Virus record (IMG/VR): IMGVR_UViG_3300038312_000145
Location: 1-58,513 of that record
Direction: 5' to 3' (one strand)
DNA length: 58,513 bases
Source: a virus
Lineage: Duplodnaviria > Caudoviricetes
Of the stretch, positions 46,422-57,369 are shown in pieces (the stretch's first letter is position 1; each line of letters begins with the position of its first letter). The translations under genes and the position numbers were made by a program. Below the pieces are notes generated by a model. It made no database searches, had not been told where the DNA came from, and saw nothing but the letters and a program-made list of their open reading frames with translations.

Positions 46422-47207
46422 ATGGAAAATCAATTGCAAGTTTTTAAAAGTCAACAGTTAATTCCTATTAAGGAAAATGAGGTTGGAGAAGTAATTGTAA
46501 GTGGAAGAGATTTACATGAGTTCTTAGAAATAAAAACTCCTTATAAAAAATGGTTTAATAGGATGATTGAATATGGGTTTATTGAAAATACTGACTTTGT
46601 TACAGTTGGACAAAAAAGTCCAATAGCAAATGGAGGCTATCAAGAAATTACAGACCATCTTATTAAACTTGATATGGCAAAAGAAATAGCAATGATACAG
46701 AGAAATGAAAAAGGCAAACAGGCTAGACAATATTTTATAGCAGTAGAAAAAGCTTGGAATAGTCCAGAAATGATTATGAAACGTGCTCTTGAAATTGCTA
46801 ATAAGCAAGTTGAAAAATTAAAATTAGAAAATACGGAAAAGTCAAAACAATTAATAGAGCAAAAGCCAAAAGTAATATTTGCAGATAGTGTTGAAGCTTC
46901 TACAACATCAATCCTTATAGGCGAACTTGCAAAGATACTTAAACAAAATGGAATTGACATGGGACAGAATAGATTGTTTATATGGCTCCGCAAAAACGGA
47001 TATTTAATCAATAGAAAAGGGACTGACTATAATATGCCAACACAAAAGGCTATGGACTTAGGACTTTTCAAAATTAAAGAAACATCAATAAATCATTCGG
47101 ATGGGCATATAAGTGTTTCTAAGACACCGAAAGTGACAGGAAAAGGCCAGATATATTTTATAAATAAATTCAAAGTGGATGGAAAGGAGAACTGTATAAA
47201 TGGATAA
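46422..47207 (+). CDS. AntA/AntB-ANT antirepressor
   Basis: VSGRDLHEFL, DMAKEIAM, KPKVIFAD, TPKVTGKGQ.YF motifs. Confidence 0.9.
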   Translation: MENQLQVFKSQQLIPIKENEVGEVIVSGRDLHEFLEIKTPYKKWFNRMIEYGFIENTDFVTVGQKSPIANGGYQEITDHLIKLDMAKEIAMIQRNEKGKQARQYFIAVEKAWNSPEMIMKRALEIANKQVEKLKLENTEKSKQLIEQKPKVIFADSVEASTTSILIGELAKILKQNGIDMGQNRLFIWLRKNGYLINRKGTDYNMPTQKAMDLGLFKIKETSINHSDGHISVSKTPKVTGKGQIYFINKFKVDGKENCING

Positions 47208-47459
47208 AAAATATAATATTCGCTGTGATTCAACAGAAGAAAGAACTAGTACTGCCATGATATTTGAAACTATGGGGTTTAGATTTGTGAAGGATGAAGC
47301 CTATCCATGGATATACGTTTATAAGCTCAATGATGACATTGAAACTTTTTTAGAGGAATTTGAGCCAGATGATATTATTGTTGAATTTAATAATCTTAAA
47401 GTTACTTGTATAGCTTGGATACATGAAAATGTTGAAATATTGATTTAGGAGGGACAAAG

Positions 47460-47771
47460 ATGGAAGACATTGTTTGCTTAACTAAAAATGATTTATGTAA
47501 AAGATGGCAACTTAGTCTACAAACCATAAACACATATATAGAAGACGGAATTATAACACCTATTAGATTACCTTCTGTAAGATTTCATCCAAAACACATT
47601 GCAGAACTGGAAAAAGTTAAATTAGAAAAGTTTTCTCCTTTAGAACGTAGAAGACTTGAAAAGGAACTTGAATATTGGAAAAAGAGAGCAGAAGATGCAG
47701 AAGCCATTGTCGCAAAAGTAAATATTGTCACTACAGAATCTATGTATAAAAAGCAAATGGAGGTTGTATAA
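47460..47771 (+). CDS. Excisionase-like HTH protein
   Basis: LTKNDL.KRW.....I.....G MerR/Xis-type pattern. Confidence 0.6.
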   Translation: MEDIVCLTKNDLCKRWQLSLQTINTYIEDGIITPIRLPSVRFHPKHIAELEKVKLEKFSPLERRRLEKELEYWKKRAEDAEAIVAKVNIVTTESMYKKQMEVV

Positions 47772-48443
47772 AATGAAAAAACATAAAGACTTACCAATTA
47801 AGTTAAAACGTATTTTCAAAGATATGGGTGTAAATTTTAATGACTATGAGCTGGTAAAAAGTAATTATGAAAATTTTACAGTGAGAGATTTAAGAACTGG
47901 CAACGTGTTGTTACCAATTAGATATTGAATAGATTGAAAATTCTGTAAATATAGCCATACATAAAATCAAAAGGAGGTTTTTATTATGGATACAACTTAT
48001 AGTTTTACAGTTACAAAAGAAGGAGAGGTTATATTTACAAAGGATGAAGAAAAAACAAGATATTCACATGAAAAACTCGTAGAAAATGTTATGTCAACTT
48101 TTGATTACCCATATGAAGATGCAGACTATTACGCTAGACACCTTGAAGATATTTGTTTACTTGAATATTACAAAGCTTATAGAAAGAACTAAAGCCCTTT
48201 AGGGGCTACATAGGAGGTGTTATTATGTCAGACCTTAGAGAAATATTAAAAATTCTAAGACACAATTTCTATTTATACTATAGAAGTTTTGGAATGTATG
48301 ACAAAAGTACACAATGTGCCTATGATGAATGGCACAAACAAGCATTAGAGATTTGGAAAGGGGACATGGAAGATGGAAAAAGAATATAAAAAGATTTATC
48401 TTATGTCTGAAGTAGAGAAAAAAGCACAGAACAAAGGTGAATT

Positions 48444-48938
48444 TTGGGTAGCACTTATAGGATTATTAGCTATTCTGGAGTTTATGTTTTAGGGGGTGCA
48501 AGCATGGATTATAGCTGGTATATAACTCCAGAAGAATATGAGAAAGCAGAAGCAAACGGAATTAGTAGGAGCGCATTAAACAGCAGAGTAAGACGTTTAG
48601 GATGGCCTAAAACCAAGGCAATTAATACACCATTAAGAATAAAATACCCACCAGAAATTATAGAACTTGTTAAGAAAAATCATATTTCATACAGAACTTT
48701 TCAAAGCAGAATACATGCTCTTGGATGGGACGTAATTAAAGCTGCTACAACTCCATTGCAATTAGTAAGTAAGCCTAGAACTAATGTATTTATGCCATAC
48801 AAATATAAAAAATATTTAAAGACTATGCGAGAAAATGGAATTTGTATTGGCACATTTCAAAGCAGAATTTACATTTTGAAATGGAGTCCAGAAAAAGCAG
48901 CCACAGTTCCACCTAGAAGAAGGAAGGTAGAAGCATGA
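48444..48938 (+). CDS. DNA-binding repeat protein
   Basis: Three NGI...TF.SRI..LGW...KA.T.P repeats. Confidence 0.6.
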   Translation: MGSTYRIISYSGVYVLGGASMDYSWYITPEEYEKAEANGISRSALNSRVRRLGWPKTKAINTPLRIKYPPEIIELVKKNHISYRTFQSRIHALGWDVIKAATTPLQLVSKPRTNVFMPYKYKKYLKTMRENGICIGTFQSRIYILKWSPEKAATVPPRRRKVEA

Positions 48939-49145
48939 CGCCTACAGGAGCAACAATACTTGGTATATGTAGCTTAATAATATCTATTGTATTAGCAGTT
49001 AAAGACTTGAAAAAAATGACCAAGGATAAATCTAATGGTTGGACATTTATAGGTATGATAGTAGTTATTGTTTATTTGGTAAATGTAATTTGAAAGATGA
49101 TTGTTAACAATATGAATATTTTACGTACGTCCAGGAGGTGGAAAT

Positions 49146-49724
49146 TTGAAATATAGATTAAGTTGGAAAGATAAAAATGGAGTAAAACAGTTTAAAGTAT
49201 TTGAAGCTAAAACGGAAAGAGCAGCTACAAATCAAACAAATAAATTATTAAGTGGAACTAAGTTTACAGATCCATTCTTGTGTCCAGATAGTGAAGTAAA
49301 AAAAATATGTAAAGGGGAGAAAAACATGGAAGGTAAATGGATGTATGAACTTGGTAATAGTGAGGTATGGCACGGTGAGTATTTTGATACGAGAGAACAG
49401 GCGATAGATGCTGGAAAGGAAGAATTAATTGCTTTAAATAAGCTAAGGAAAGAGAAAGAACATAAGGTTACTAAAAACTTTCAAGTTGGACAGGTTACTA
49501 AAGTTTCTCCAGCAGGAGTGGATGTTGATTACATTTTAGAAAATGTTGCAGAAAATACAACGGAAGGTATGGAAGCAGGAGAGGATTATTTATGTGATGT
49601 TACAAAAGAAGATAGTGATGAACTTGAACAAAAATTAAATGACGTATTGTTTGCTTGGATAAAAGAACATGGGTATGAACCGGATTTCTTTGAGATTGAA
49701 AATGAGGAAACAATAATATTATAG
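49146..49724 (+). CDS. Hypothetical early protein
   Basis: FDTREQAI..G motif; an internal RBS plus ATG suggests a second start. Confidence 0.5.
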   Translation: MKYRLSWKDKNGVKQFKVFEAKTERAATNQTNKLLSGTKFTDPFLCPDSEVKKICKGEKNMEGKWMYELGNSEVWHGEYFDTREQAIDAGKEELIALNKLRKEKEHKVTKNFQVGQVTKVSPAGVDVDYILENVAENTTEGMEAGEDYLCDVTKEDSDELEQKLNDVLFAWIKEHGYEPDFFEIENEETIIL

Positions 49725-49742
49725 GTCCACAATGGAATTTTT

Positions 49743-50537
49743 ATGCACCAAGGGGGTGAGAAATTGATAGAAATTAATAAAGTTCATAATATAGATTGCT
49801 TGGAAGGATCTAAAAATATAAAAGATAAAAGTATGGATATGATATTTTGTGATTTACCTTTTGGAGAAACTCATAATTCATGGGATATAATTATTCCTTT
49901 TGATAAACTTTGGCCAGTCATAAATAGAGTAAAAAGAGATAATGCTGCAGTATGTTTATTTGCTAAAGGAAGATTTCTAGGACAACTTATGTGCAGCAAT
50001 TTAGATAGCTATAGGTATAAAGTAGTATGCAGGAAGGCACAGCCTAAAGGATGGCAAAATGCTAATAGGATGCCATTAAAGGCACATGAAGATGTTTTAG
50101 TATTCTATGATAAGTTACCTTTATATAACCCACAGAAAACTACTGGCCACAAAAGAAAAACAGTAACAGTAGGAAAAGAGAATTCAGGGACAAATTACAA
50201 TTCAAATACAAGAGAATACCACTATGACAGTACAGAAAGGTATCCACTTGATGTATTAGAATTTTCGTGGGATACGTATCCTGTACATCCAACCCAAAAA
50301 CCTTTAGCTTTATGTGAGTGGTTTATTAAGACTTACACAAATGAAGGCATGACAATACTTGACCTTACAGTAGGATATGGAAGCATACCTTTAGCTGCAA
50401 TAAAGTTAAATAGGAATTTTATAGCTTTTGATAATGGTAAATGTGAAAAAGAAGGTAAGTATTTTGGAAAATCATGGGCTGATTTGGCTAATGAAAGAAT
50501 TGAAAAGGAGACTAGGCAATTAAAGCTAGTTTTATAA
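49743..50537 (+). CDS. N6-adenine/N4-cytosine DNA methyltransferase (beta class)
   Basis: DCLEG, CDLPFG (motif IV variant), HPTQKP, ILD...G.GS. Confidence 0.85.
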   Translation: MHQGGEKLIEINKVHNIDCLEGSKNIKDKSMDMIFCDLPFGETHNSWDIIIPFDKLWPVINRVKRDNAAVCLFAKGRFLGQLMCSNLDSYRYKVVCRKAQPKGWQNANRMPLKAHEDVLVFYDKLPLYNPQKTTGHKRKTVTVGKENSGTNYNSNTREYHYDSTERYPLDVLEFSWDTYPVHPTQKPLALCEWFIKTYTNEGMTILDLTVGYGSIPLAAIKLNRNFIAFDNGKCEKEGKYFGKSWADLANERIEKETRQLKLVL

Positions 50538-51648
50538 GTATTTAGTTACGTAATACAAATATATTCTGAAAGGGATGATTAAAAATGACAGGAAGTGAAT
50601 TACTTGAAAAGAAAAACGTAAGATTCTTATTTACTCAACATGGTTATAGTTATTACTCATGTGGGTGTAGGTTCTATAAAGTACAAAACATGGGCTTTGA
50701 CTTAAATAAAGTTATACCAGTGGATTTAAAGGAGTGTGTTTAAAATGATGCGATGTAACTTAGATTTAGATTGCCCTATAGGTCCGAAAGATAATTTATG
50801 TTGTATATACTGTAACAGGAGAAATGATTGCCCAGAAGCTTGTAAGGAAAGAAATAAAAGCTGTATGGACATAGATGGAGACGAGGTTTATTGCAAGAGA
50901 ACAGGAGAAACAGTAACACAGGATATTACTACTATAACAGAAAGACAAGCCAAAATTTTGTTAAGGTAGGTGTTTAAAATGTTAGTCTCTACTACTTACG
51001 ATCATTATGGAAGAATGAAATATAATCCACTTTATCATCCTAATAATGGGAAAATCTATACAACAGAAGAAAAAGAATATTTATTAAATTACTATGAAAG
51101 TATTGGACCGAAAGAAATGTCTTTTGCACTTGGACGTACTGAAAATAGTGTTACATCTAAATATATGGCATTAAAAAGAAAAGGCTATATACAACAAAGT
51201 TTTCAAATAGCTTAGAGGAGGAATTAAATTGAAATTACCAAATATTTTCAAACTATTATGTAAAAGAAAGCAAAAAAAATGTACCAAAACAATAGAAAAA
51301 TTAACTAAGGAACTTATAATTGCACTTGAAGAAAAAGGGATTGAGATTGACAACACTTGTGATCTTATAGATATTTGGATCCACAACAAAGAAGAAATAG
51401 AAATTACTCATTCAACTCTTTCTACATCAACACAAGATTGTGGGAAATTTAAGTTTTAAAAATTAAGGGGGATTAATTATGCCAGATTTTTGTTATGACT
51501 ATAGATATGAAAGACCATTAGCTAAAGCAGTTGATACATGCAATATATGTGGAGAAGATATCTACGAAGGTGAAAGTTACTATGATATAGAGAATATCAT
51601 TATTTGCAATAGCTGTATAGAAGAATTTAAAAAGGTAGCACAGGAGGA

Positions 51649-52149
51649 ATGATTATGGATAAGCTTTATGAAATTTCAGATAGATATAAAAATCTAGAGG
51701 AATTATTAGATAATCCAGAGCTAGAAAATATAAAAGAGGAAATTGGAAAATCTTTAGATTCAGTAAATGAGGAATTTGAGATTAAAGCTGAAAATGTAGC
51801 AAAAATAATTAAATCTAAAGAGGTTTATGTAAAAGGATTAGATGAAGAAATAAAAAGGCTTCAAGATAGAAAAAAGACAGAGGAAAACCAAATTGCTAAC
51901 TTAAAATTCTATTTATTCGAGCATATGAAGCTATTAAAGAAAGATAAGATTAAAGGCAATCTATTCACCCTTTCAATAAAGAAAGCACCTCCTAAGGTAG
52001 TTGTGGAAGATGAAAAAATGATACCAAAGCAATATTGGATACCGCAACCATCAAAATTATTAAAAAAGGATATGCTAGATGCTTTAAAAAATAATATAAA
52101 AATACCTGGTGCAAAATTAGAGCAAGGAACAACATTAGGAATTAGATAG
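51649..52149 (+). CDS. Siphovirus Gp157-family protein
   Basis: KLYEI, K.EN, EI.RL..RK, IPGA.L motifs. Confidence 0.85.
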   Translation: MIMDKLYEISDRYKNLEELLDNPELENIKEEIGKSLDSVNEEFEIKAENVAKIIKSKEVYVKGLDEEIKRLQDRKKTEENQIANLKFYLFEHMKLLKKDKIKGNLFTLSIKKAPPKVVVEDEKMIPKQYWIPQPSKLLKKDMLDALKNNIKIPGAKLEQGTTLGIR

Positions 52150-52162
52150 GGGGACTTTAACA

Positions 52163-52888
52163 TTGTCAGACAAACAAATAAGACTTTTAAAGGCAGATGA
52201 AATTGAGATAAGAGTACAGAGCCTAAAGAAAACTAATAATGGTGTAGGGTGTATATTACTTCTATATAAAAATGCTAGAGTTGATATGAATATCCTTGAT
52301 GAAGTATATGGAGTTACAGGATGGAAAAGGACACATGAGCTTATAAATGGCAATCTATTCTGCAATATAGATATTTGGGACGATGAAAAGAAACAGTGGA
52401 TTAGGAAACAAGATGTAGGAGTAGAAAGTTACACAGAAAAAGAAAAAGGTCAAGCTAGTGACAGTTTTAAAAGGGCAGGATTTAACGTAGGCATAGGCAG
52501 GGAACTCTATACATCACCTTTTATATGGGTTAGCCTACAGCAGGGTGAATTCTTTGATAGCAAAGGAAAAGTGAGTTTGAACCCAAGAGTACATTTTAAA
52601 GTTAAATCAATAGGATACAGCAAGAATAAAGAAATAGATAAATTAGAAATAGAAGACAACCACCACGTAGTTAGATATTCATTAGGAAGACCTTCTATAA
52701 GTGGAAATACTTCTATGCCAAATAATAATCAGAATAATAAGAAAACTGAACAAAATAATTCTCAAATTAAAACATTAACTTGTGAAAAATGTGGTGCTGA
52801 CATAGGCTTAAATGTTTATGATTACAGTTTTAAAAAATACAGCAAACATCTATGCATGAATTGCCAAAAGGGATTTAAAAATGCTTGA
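52163..52888 (+). CDS. Sak/Rad52-like single-strand annealing protein
   Basis: LYK.ARVDM.ILDE..G and EKGQASDSFKRA...GIGRELY motifs. Confidence 0.85.
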   Translation: MSDKQIRLLKADEIEIRVQSLKKTNNGVGCILLLYKNARVDMNILDEVYGVTGWKRTHELINGNLFCNIDIWDDEKKQWIRKQDVGVESYTEKEKGQASDSFKRAGFNVGIGRELYTSPFIWVSLQQGEFFDSKGKVSLNPRVHFKVKSIGYSKNKEIDKLEIEDNHHVVRYSLGRPSISGNTSMPNNNQNNKKTEQNNSQIKTLTCEKCGADIGLNVYDYSFKKYSKHLCMNCQKGFKNA

Positions 52889-53124
52889 TGATGAAAAGAA
52901 ACTTATGTTAGAGATATTTGGAAAGATAGTTACAGAGAAAGAGCTAGAAAAATATTTAGAGATGGAGGATGAAATGAGAAGACAGGATTATGAAACACGC
53001 AATGACATAATAAATTCTACTAGATGAAAAGTGACTGCTATAATAAGCAGCCACAAACCCTTAAAACATGCAAGTGCTCCGATACAGCACTTGCACATAG
53101 ATTATAACATGACGAGGTGAGGAA

Positions 53125-53907
53125 GTGGCTAAAAAGTATTATTGGTTAAAATTACAAAAAGATTTTTTCTCACAGCCTATAATAAAAAAATTAAGACGCA
53201 TAGCTGGGGGAGACACATATACAATAATTTATCTTAAAATGCAGTTAACAAGTTTAAGCAATAATGGAAAACTTTATTATGAAGGTATAGAAGATACTTT
53301 TGCAAAAGAATTGTCATTAACGCTTGATGAAGATGCAGACAACATAGGAATTACACTAACTTTTTTACAAAAATATGGATTACTTGAAGAAATAAAACCA
53401 GATGAATTTACATTACCAGAAACCATAGAGAACATAGGCAGTGAAACAACTGGAGCATCAAGAACTAGAAGATTTAGGCAAAGGCAAAAGGAGAAAAAAG
53501 CGTTACCATGTAACACAATTGTAACAAACAGTAACACAGAGAAGAGAAGAGAAGAGAAGAATAGAGAAGAGTTAGATAAAGAGACAGAGAATAAAGAAAG
53601 TGTGTCTCTTAAAACAACAGAAATATTAAATTTCATAGAAGAAAGAACCTGCACTAGTTTATCAGCACAATATCAAAACATAGCTGAAATGGTTGAATTA
53701 TATGAACTTGAAGATATTAAGAAAGCAATAGATAAGTCTCTTTCTAAAAACAAAAAAGGAACAAATATATTAAATTATGCTAATGGAATATTAAAAAACT
53801 GGGTTATAGAAGGGAAGGAGGAACAAAATGGAGGAAATAGCAGAAATGCTACAAAGGATATTGAAAAAAGCCCATATGACCTCAAAAAGCTTGACCAAGA
53901 AAAATGA
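53125..53907 (+). CDS. Replisome organiser / replication initiator
   Basis: YYWLKL..DFF....K.LR...GGD.Y.IIYLK; DnaD-like Y..GILKNW. Confidence 0.9.
   Translation: MAKKYYWLKLQKDFFSQPIIKKLRRIAGGDTYTIIYLKMQLTSLSNNGKLYYEGIEDTFAKELSLTLDEDADNIGITLTFLQKYGLLEEIKPDEFTLPETIENIGSETTGASRTRRFRQRQKEKKALPCNTIVTNSNTEKRREEKNREELDKETENKESVSLKTTEILNFIEERTCTSLSAQYQNIAEMVELYELEDIKKAIDKSLSKNKKGTNILNYANGILKNWVIEGKEEQNGGNSRNATKDIEKSPYDLKKLDQEK
53509..53572. repeat. Candidate origin iterons inside the initiator gene
   Basis: GTAACA x3 followed by an AGAGA purine tract. Confidence 0.45.
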
Positions 53908-54640
53908 TGTATGCCCTATATGTCAAGACACCACATGGGTAGAGACAGAAAATGGCTTTAAAAGATGTAAATGTTATAAAAAAAAGCTTTTAGAGAGATT
54001 GTGGAAAGGATTTGGAGTAGACCCAAACAAAGTCAAAAAACTAAATAGTTATGAAGCATATAATGACTTACCTGCAACCCAAGAAGCTAAAGAAAAGGCT
54101 ATAAATTATATTAAAAACTTTAAAGATATAAGGCTTACTGAAAATAATAGTTTTGGGTTATTTGGACAACCAGGAGCAGGAAAAAGTCATATAGTAATTG
54201 CCATAGGTGCAGCACTCTTAAATCAAAACATACAAGTTGTTTATATGTCATATTTGGAAGTATTAAGAGAACTTGAAGCAAATAGATTTGACAATGAATA
54301 TTACTTAAAAATTTCTGACAGATATAAAAGACCAAAAGTGTTAATCATAGATGATTTGTTTAAAGACAAAGTGAGGAACGGAGAACTTGCTAAAGACAAG
54401 TACGGTAATAGAGCAAGCTTAACAGAAAGTGATATAAAACATATAATGCCTATTCTTAATTGCAGGTATCAAAATAGCCTTCCAACGATATTTAGTACCG
54501 AATGCACACCAAGCTTATTAGTTGAGCTTGACGAGGCTCTGGAGGGTAGAATAATGGAATCCTGTCAAGATAACTACACTGTGTTTAAAGGCAAAGAATA
54601 CAATTACAGGATGCGAAAGTTTATGAAAAAGGAGGATTAA
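53828..54640 (+). CDS. DnaC/IstB-like helicase loader
   Basis: CPIC...C.C, Walker A GQPGAGKS, Walker B LIIDDL. Confidence 0.9.
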   Translation: MEEIAEMLQRILKKAHMTSKSLTKKNDVCPICQDTTWVETENGFKRCKCYKKKLLERLWKGFGVDPNKVKKLNSYEAYNDLPATQEAKEKAINYIKNFKDIRLTENNSFGLFGQPGAGKSHIVIAIGAALLNQNIQVVYMSYLEVLRELEANRFDNEYYLKISDRYKRPKVLIIDDLFKDKVRNGELAKDKYGNRASLTESDIKHIMPILNCRYQNSLPTIFSTECTPSLLVELDEALEGRIMESCQDNYTVFKGKEYNYRMRKFMKKED

Positions 54641-55510
54641 TCTATGATAAGTCAGGGAAAATTCAATGAAATAGAGTTAGAACATGGATGCGGTTATTGG
54701 AATATATGTACCGAACACGCATGCCCTTGTGCTATAACTACCGAAAATAAAGGTTTAAAGCAAAACATATGGGATGATTTCATAAAAGAAAATGAAGAAC
54801 TAGCAAAGGAATACAGTAACAATGATTTTGAATATGAACCAATAGAACGTTGCAAGAGGTGCGGTTCACTTGCAAAAGAAAGCGATTTATACGATGGGCT
54901 TTGCTTAGAATGTGAAGTTGAGCTTGAAGAAGAAATGGAGGAAGATTAATGAACTGGTCAGATATGTCTGGAAGTATAACAGAAGCTAGGCTAATAAGGC
55001 AGGGATTAGAAGCGAAAAACAAGATTAGAGACATAAGAAATAGCTTTATACTAGGCGAGAAAGTAAAGATAAGCAATAAGGATAAACGCAAAAGATTTTC
55101 AATTCGTGGAACAGTGATAGGTAAAACAGACTATGCAGTTATCATCCAAAGGACAAAGGAAAGCAAGAAATTATATCTTATTAGCTTTCAATACACACAG
55201 TTTCTCACGGAGGAATTAGTAATAAATTAATCAAAAGGGTGCAAATTTAGAAAGATATTTATAATTTGGTATAATTACATGTTTTGAAATTCAAACAAGC
55301 TTAAAAAGGCTCTATGTTGATTTAAAGATATATAAATAAAGTACAGAATATTCTGTAAAGTGAAAAATACTAAAGATAAGAAATGAATAATTTAAGTCAT
55401 AATAGATAAAACAATGAATTAAACATTTTTTATAATAAAATACACCAAAACCGTTGAAAGTACACGCAAAGGAAGAAAAACAGACTTAAAATTAAATTAG
55501 GTGAAAAAGA

Positions 55511-55702
55511 ATGGATAGATGTTTAGTATGCCACAGAAAATTGAAATCAGAAAAAAGCAAAGAGATAGGAATAGGACCTGTATGCCTTTCGAGAATAAAT
55601 AAAGTTGCAAAAAAACAGAAACAAAGGCATAAAGAGAAAATAGAACGGAAAAAGATAGCCAAGATAAAAGGACAAATTAGTATTTTCGATAAGGAGAAAT
55701 AA
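55511..55702 (+). CDS. Small Zn-finger protein (DUF6011-like)
   Basis: C.VC.R.L....S...GIGPVC motif. Confidence 0.7.
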   Translation: MDRCLVCHRKLKSEKSKEIGIGPVCLSRINKVAKKQKQRHKEKIERKKIAKIKGQISIFDKEK

Positions 55703-55878
55703 CAATGCAAATAAAAGTGGAAATTGATGATAAAGAATTGCAAGCAGAAATAACAAATATAATTGCGAAAAAAATTGCTGCATCTTGGAGCACGGAAAGA
55801 AATTTAACCTGCTCTTGTGCAAAATTCTCCCATCCTCTATAGGTGGGAGATGGATAGCACTTGCCGGTAGGCAACATA

Positions 55879-56031
55879 TTACTTATTATACTTTTTTAGT
55901 ATTAATTCAATTGCTTCATCAAGTAGCCTTGACTGCGGTATTCTAGTTTCTTTTGAAAGCTCTTTAAATTTTTTCAATAATTCAATATCAATTGAGTTAG
56001 TATAACGTTCTCTGCTTTTTAAGCTACTCAT
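55879..56031 (-). CDS. Ribbon-helix-helix protein, 50 aa (not in ORF track)
   Basis: MSSLKSRERYTNSIDIELLKKFKELSKETRIPQSRLLDEAIELILKKYNK; GAGGTG RBS. Confidence 0.8.
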   Translation of the reverse strand: MSSLKSRERYTNSIDIELLKKFKELSKETRIPQSRLLDEAIELILKKYNK

Positions 56032-56071
56032 AATATCACCTCAAAAACATTATACAATATACTTAATATTA

Positions 56072-56100
56072 TTGCAAGTTGCGTAACTTTATGGTATAAT
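56072..56100 (+). promoter_or_regulatory. tnpB promoter with operator
   Basis: TTGCAA-17-TATAAT; near-palindrome AAGTTGCGTAACTT (56076..56089). Confidence 0.7.
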
Positions 56101-56116
56101 AGTATTAGAAAGTGAG

Positions 56117-57217
56117 GTGAGAATATTTATGCTAAAAGCTTATAAATATAGGATTTATCCAAACAAAGAACAAAGAATTTATTTTGCTAAAACTTTCGGA
56201 TGCGTTAGGTTCGTTTATAATCAAATGCTAGCAGATAGAATCAAGTCTTATGAAGAAAATAAAGATTTAGAAGTTAAGACAATGAAATATCCAACGCCAG
56301 CACAATATAAAAAAGAATTTGAATGGTTAAAAGAAGTAGATAGTCTTGCGCTTGCAAATGCACAAATGAATTTGGATAAAGCCTATAAAAACTTTTTTAG
56401 AGATAAATCTGTAGGCTTTCCTAAATTTAAAAGTAAAAAGAATAATTATAAAAGCTATACTACAAATAACTTAAAAGGTACTATTCATATTGAAAATAGC
56501 CATATAAAATTACCTAAACTAAAATCTATGGTAAAAATAAAGCAACACAGAGAATTTGACGGATTGATTAAATCCTGCACTATATCACAAGTTCCTAGTG
56601 GCAAGTATTTTGTATCTGTTCTAGTCGATACAGAAATTAATCAATTACCTAAGGTAGATAAGAAAGTAGGCGTGGATGTAGGACTTAAAGAATTTGCAAT
56701 AACAAGTGATGGCGAGTTCTTTCATAATCCTAAGTGGCTTAGAAAGTCAGAAAAAAGACTTGCCAAACTTCAAAAGGATTTATCAAGAAAGCAAAAATGC
56801 AGTAAAAACAGAAATAAGGCTAGATTAAAAGTTGCTAAGTTACATGAGAAAATATCTAATCAGAGAAAAGATTTTCTTCACAAAGTAAGTACTCAATTAT
56901 TGCGTGAAAACCAAACAATAGTAATTGAGGATTTGAAAATTAGCAATATGCAACAAAATCATAAATTAGCAAAGGCAATATCAGAAGTATCGTGGTTTGA
57001 ATTTAGAACAATGCTAGAATATAAAGCTAGTTGGTATGGCAGAGAAATAATAATAGCACCAACTAATTATGCTAGTAGCCAATTATGTTCTAACTGTGGA
57101 AATAAATCAAGCCAGACAAAGGACTTAGGATGTAGAACTTATGTGTGTCCTGTTTGCGGAATGGTAATGGATAGAGATATAAACGCAGGTAAGAATTTAT
57201 TAAAACTAGCAATGTAA
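56117..57217 (+). CDS. tnpB: TnpB RNA-guided endonuclease
   Basis: KAYKYRIYP HTH; RuvC GVDVG / IEDL / DRDINA all intact; CxxC..CxxC. Probable start at 56129. Confidence 0.95.
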   Translation: MRIFMLKAYKYRIYPNKEQRIYFAKTFGCVRFVYNQMLADRIKSYEENKDLEVKTMKYPTPAQYKKEFEWLKEVDSLALANAQMNLDKAYKNFFRDKSVGFPKFKSKKNNYKSYTTNNLKGTIHIENSHIKLPKLKSMVKIKQHREFDGLIKSCTISQVPSGKYFVSVLVDTEINQLPKVDKKVGVDVGLKEFAITSDGEFFHNPKWLRKSEKRLAKLQKDLSRKQKCSKNRNKARLKVAKLHEKISNQRKDFLHKVSTQLLRENQTIVIEDLKISNMQQNHKLAKAISEVSWFEFRTMLEYKASWYGREIIIAPTNYASSQLCSNCGNKSSQTKDLGCRTYVCPVCGMVMDRDINAGKNLLKLAM

Positions 57218-57350
57218 ATATAAGATACATTGACTAGAGAGGTTGGAATAACCTTGATAGCTTGGGTAAACTTGCTACAGTAGTAGTATTGACCAAGAAG
57301 CCATCCACTTCTATAAGTGGTGGTAGTTCACATAAAGCCATTGAAGAACT
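57218..57350 (+). ncRNA. Predicted TnpB omega-RNA scaffold plus flank-derived guide
   Basis: Established TnpB architecture; the guide would begin at 57332 (ATAAAGCCATTGAAG). The 5' end is unknown. Confidence 0.6.
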
Positions 57351-57369
57351 AGAAAGTGAGGATAAATAA

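Larger units (their letters stand above)
55808..57331 (+). mobile_element. Non-autonomous IS200/IS605-family element (RHH + TnpB, no TnpA), 1524 bp
   Basis: Preceded by TTTAA; left hairpin 55827..55849, right hairpin 57301..57323; ends in TCAC; no target duplication. Confidence 0.85.
55705..57369 (+). pseudogene. 46-aa gene interrupted by the TnpB element
   Basis: Removing 55808..57331 gives MQIKVEIDDKELQAEITNIIAKKIAASWSTERNLNKAIEELESEDK, which abuts the dUTPase start. Confidence 0.75.

Noticed and set aside
56117-57217. TnpB as Cas12f with a CRISPR array
   Set aside because: No repeat-spacer array is visible anywhere in the window, and IS200/IS605 ends are present.
55808-57331. IStron (group I intron plus IS605)
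   Set aside because: Only ~70 nt lie between the left end and the RHH gene, leaving no room for a group I intron core.
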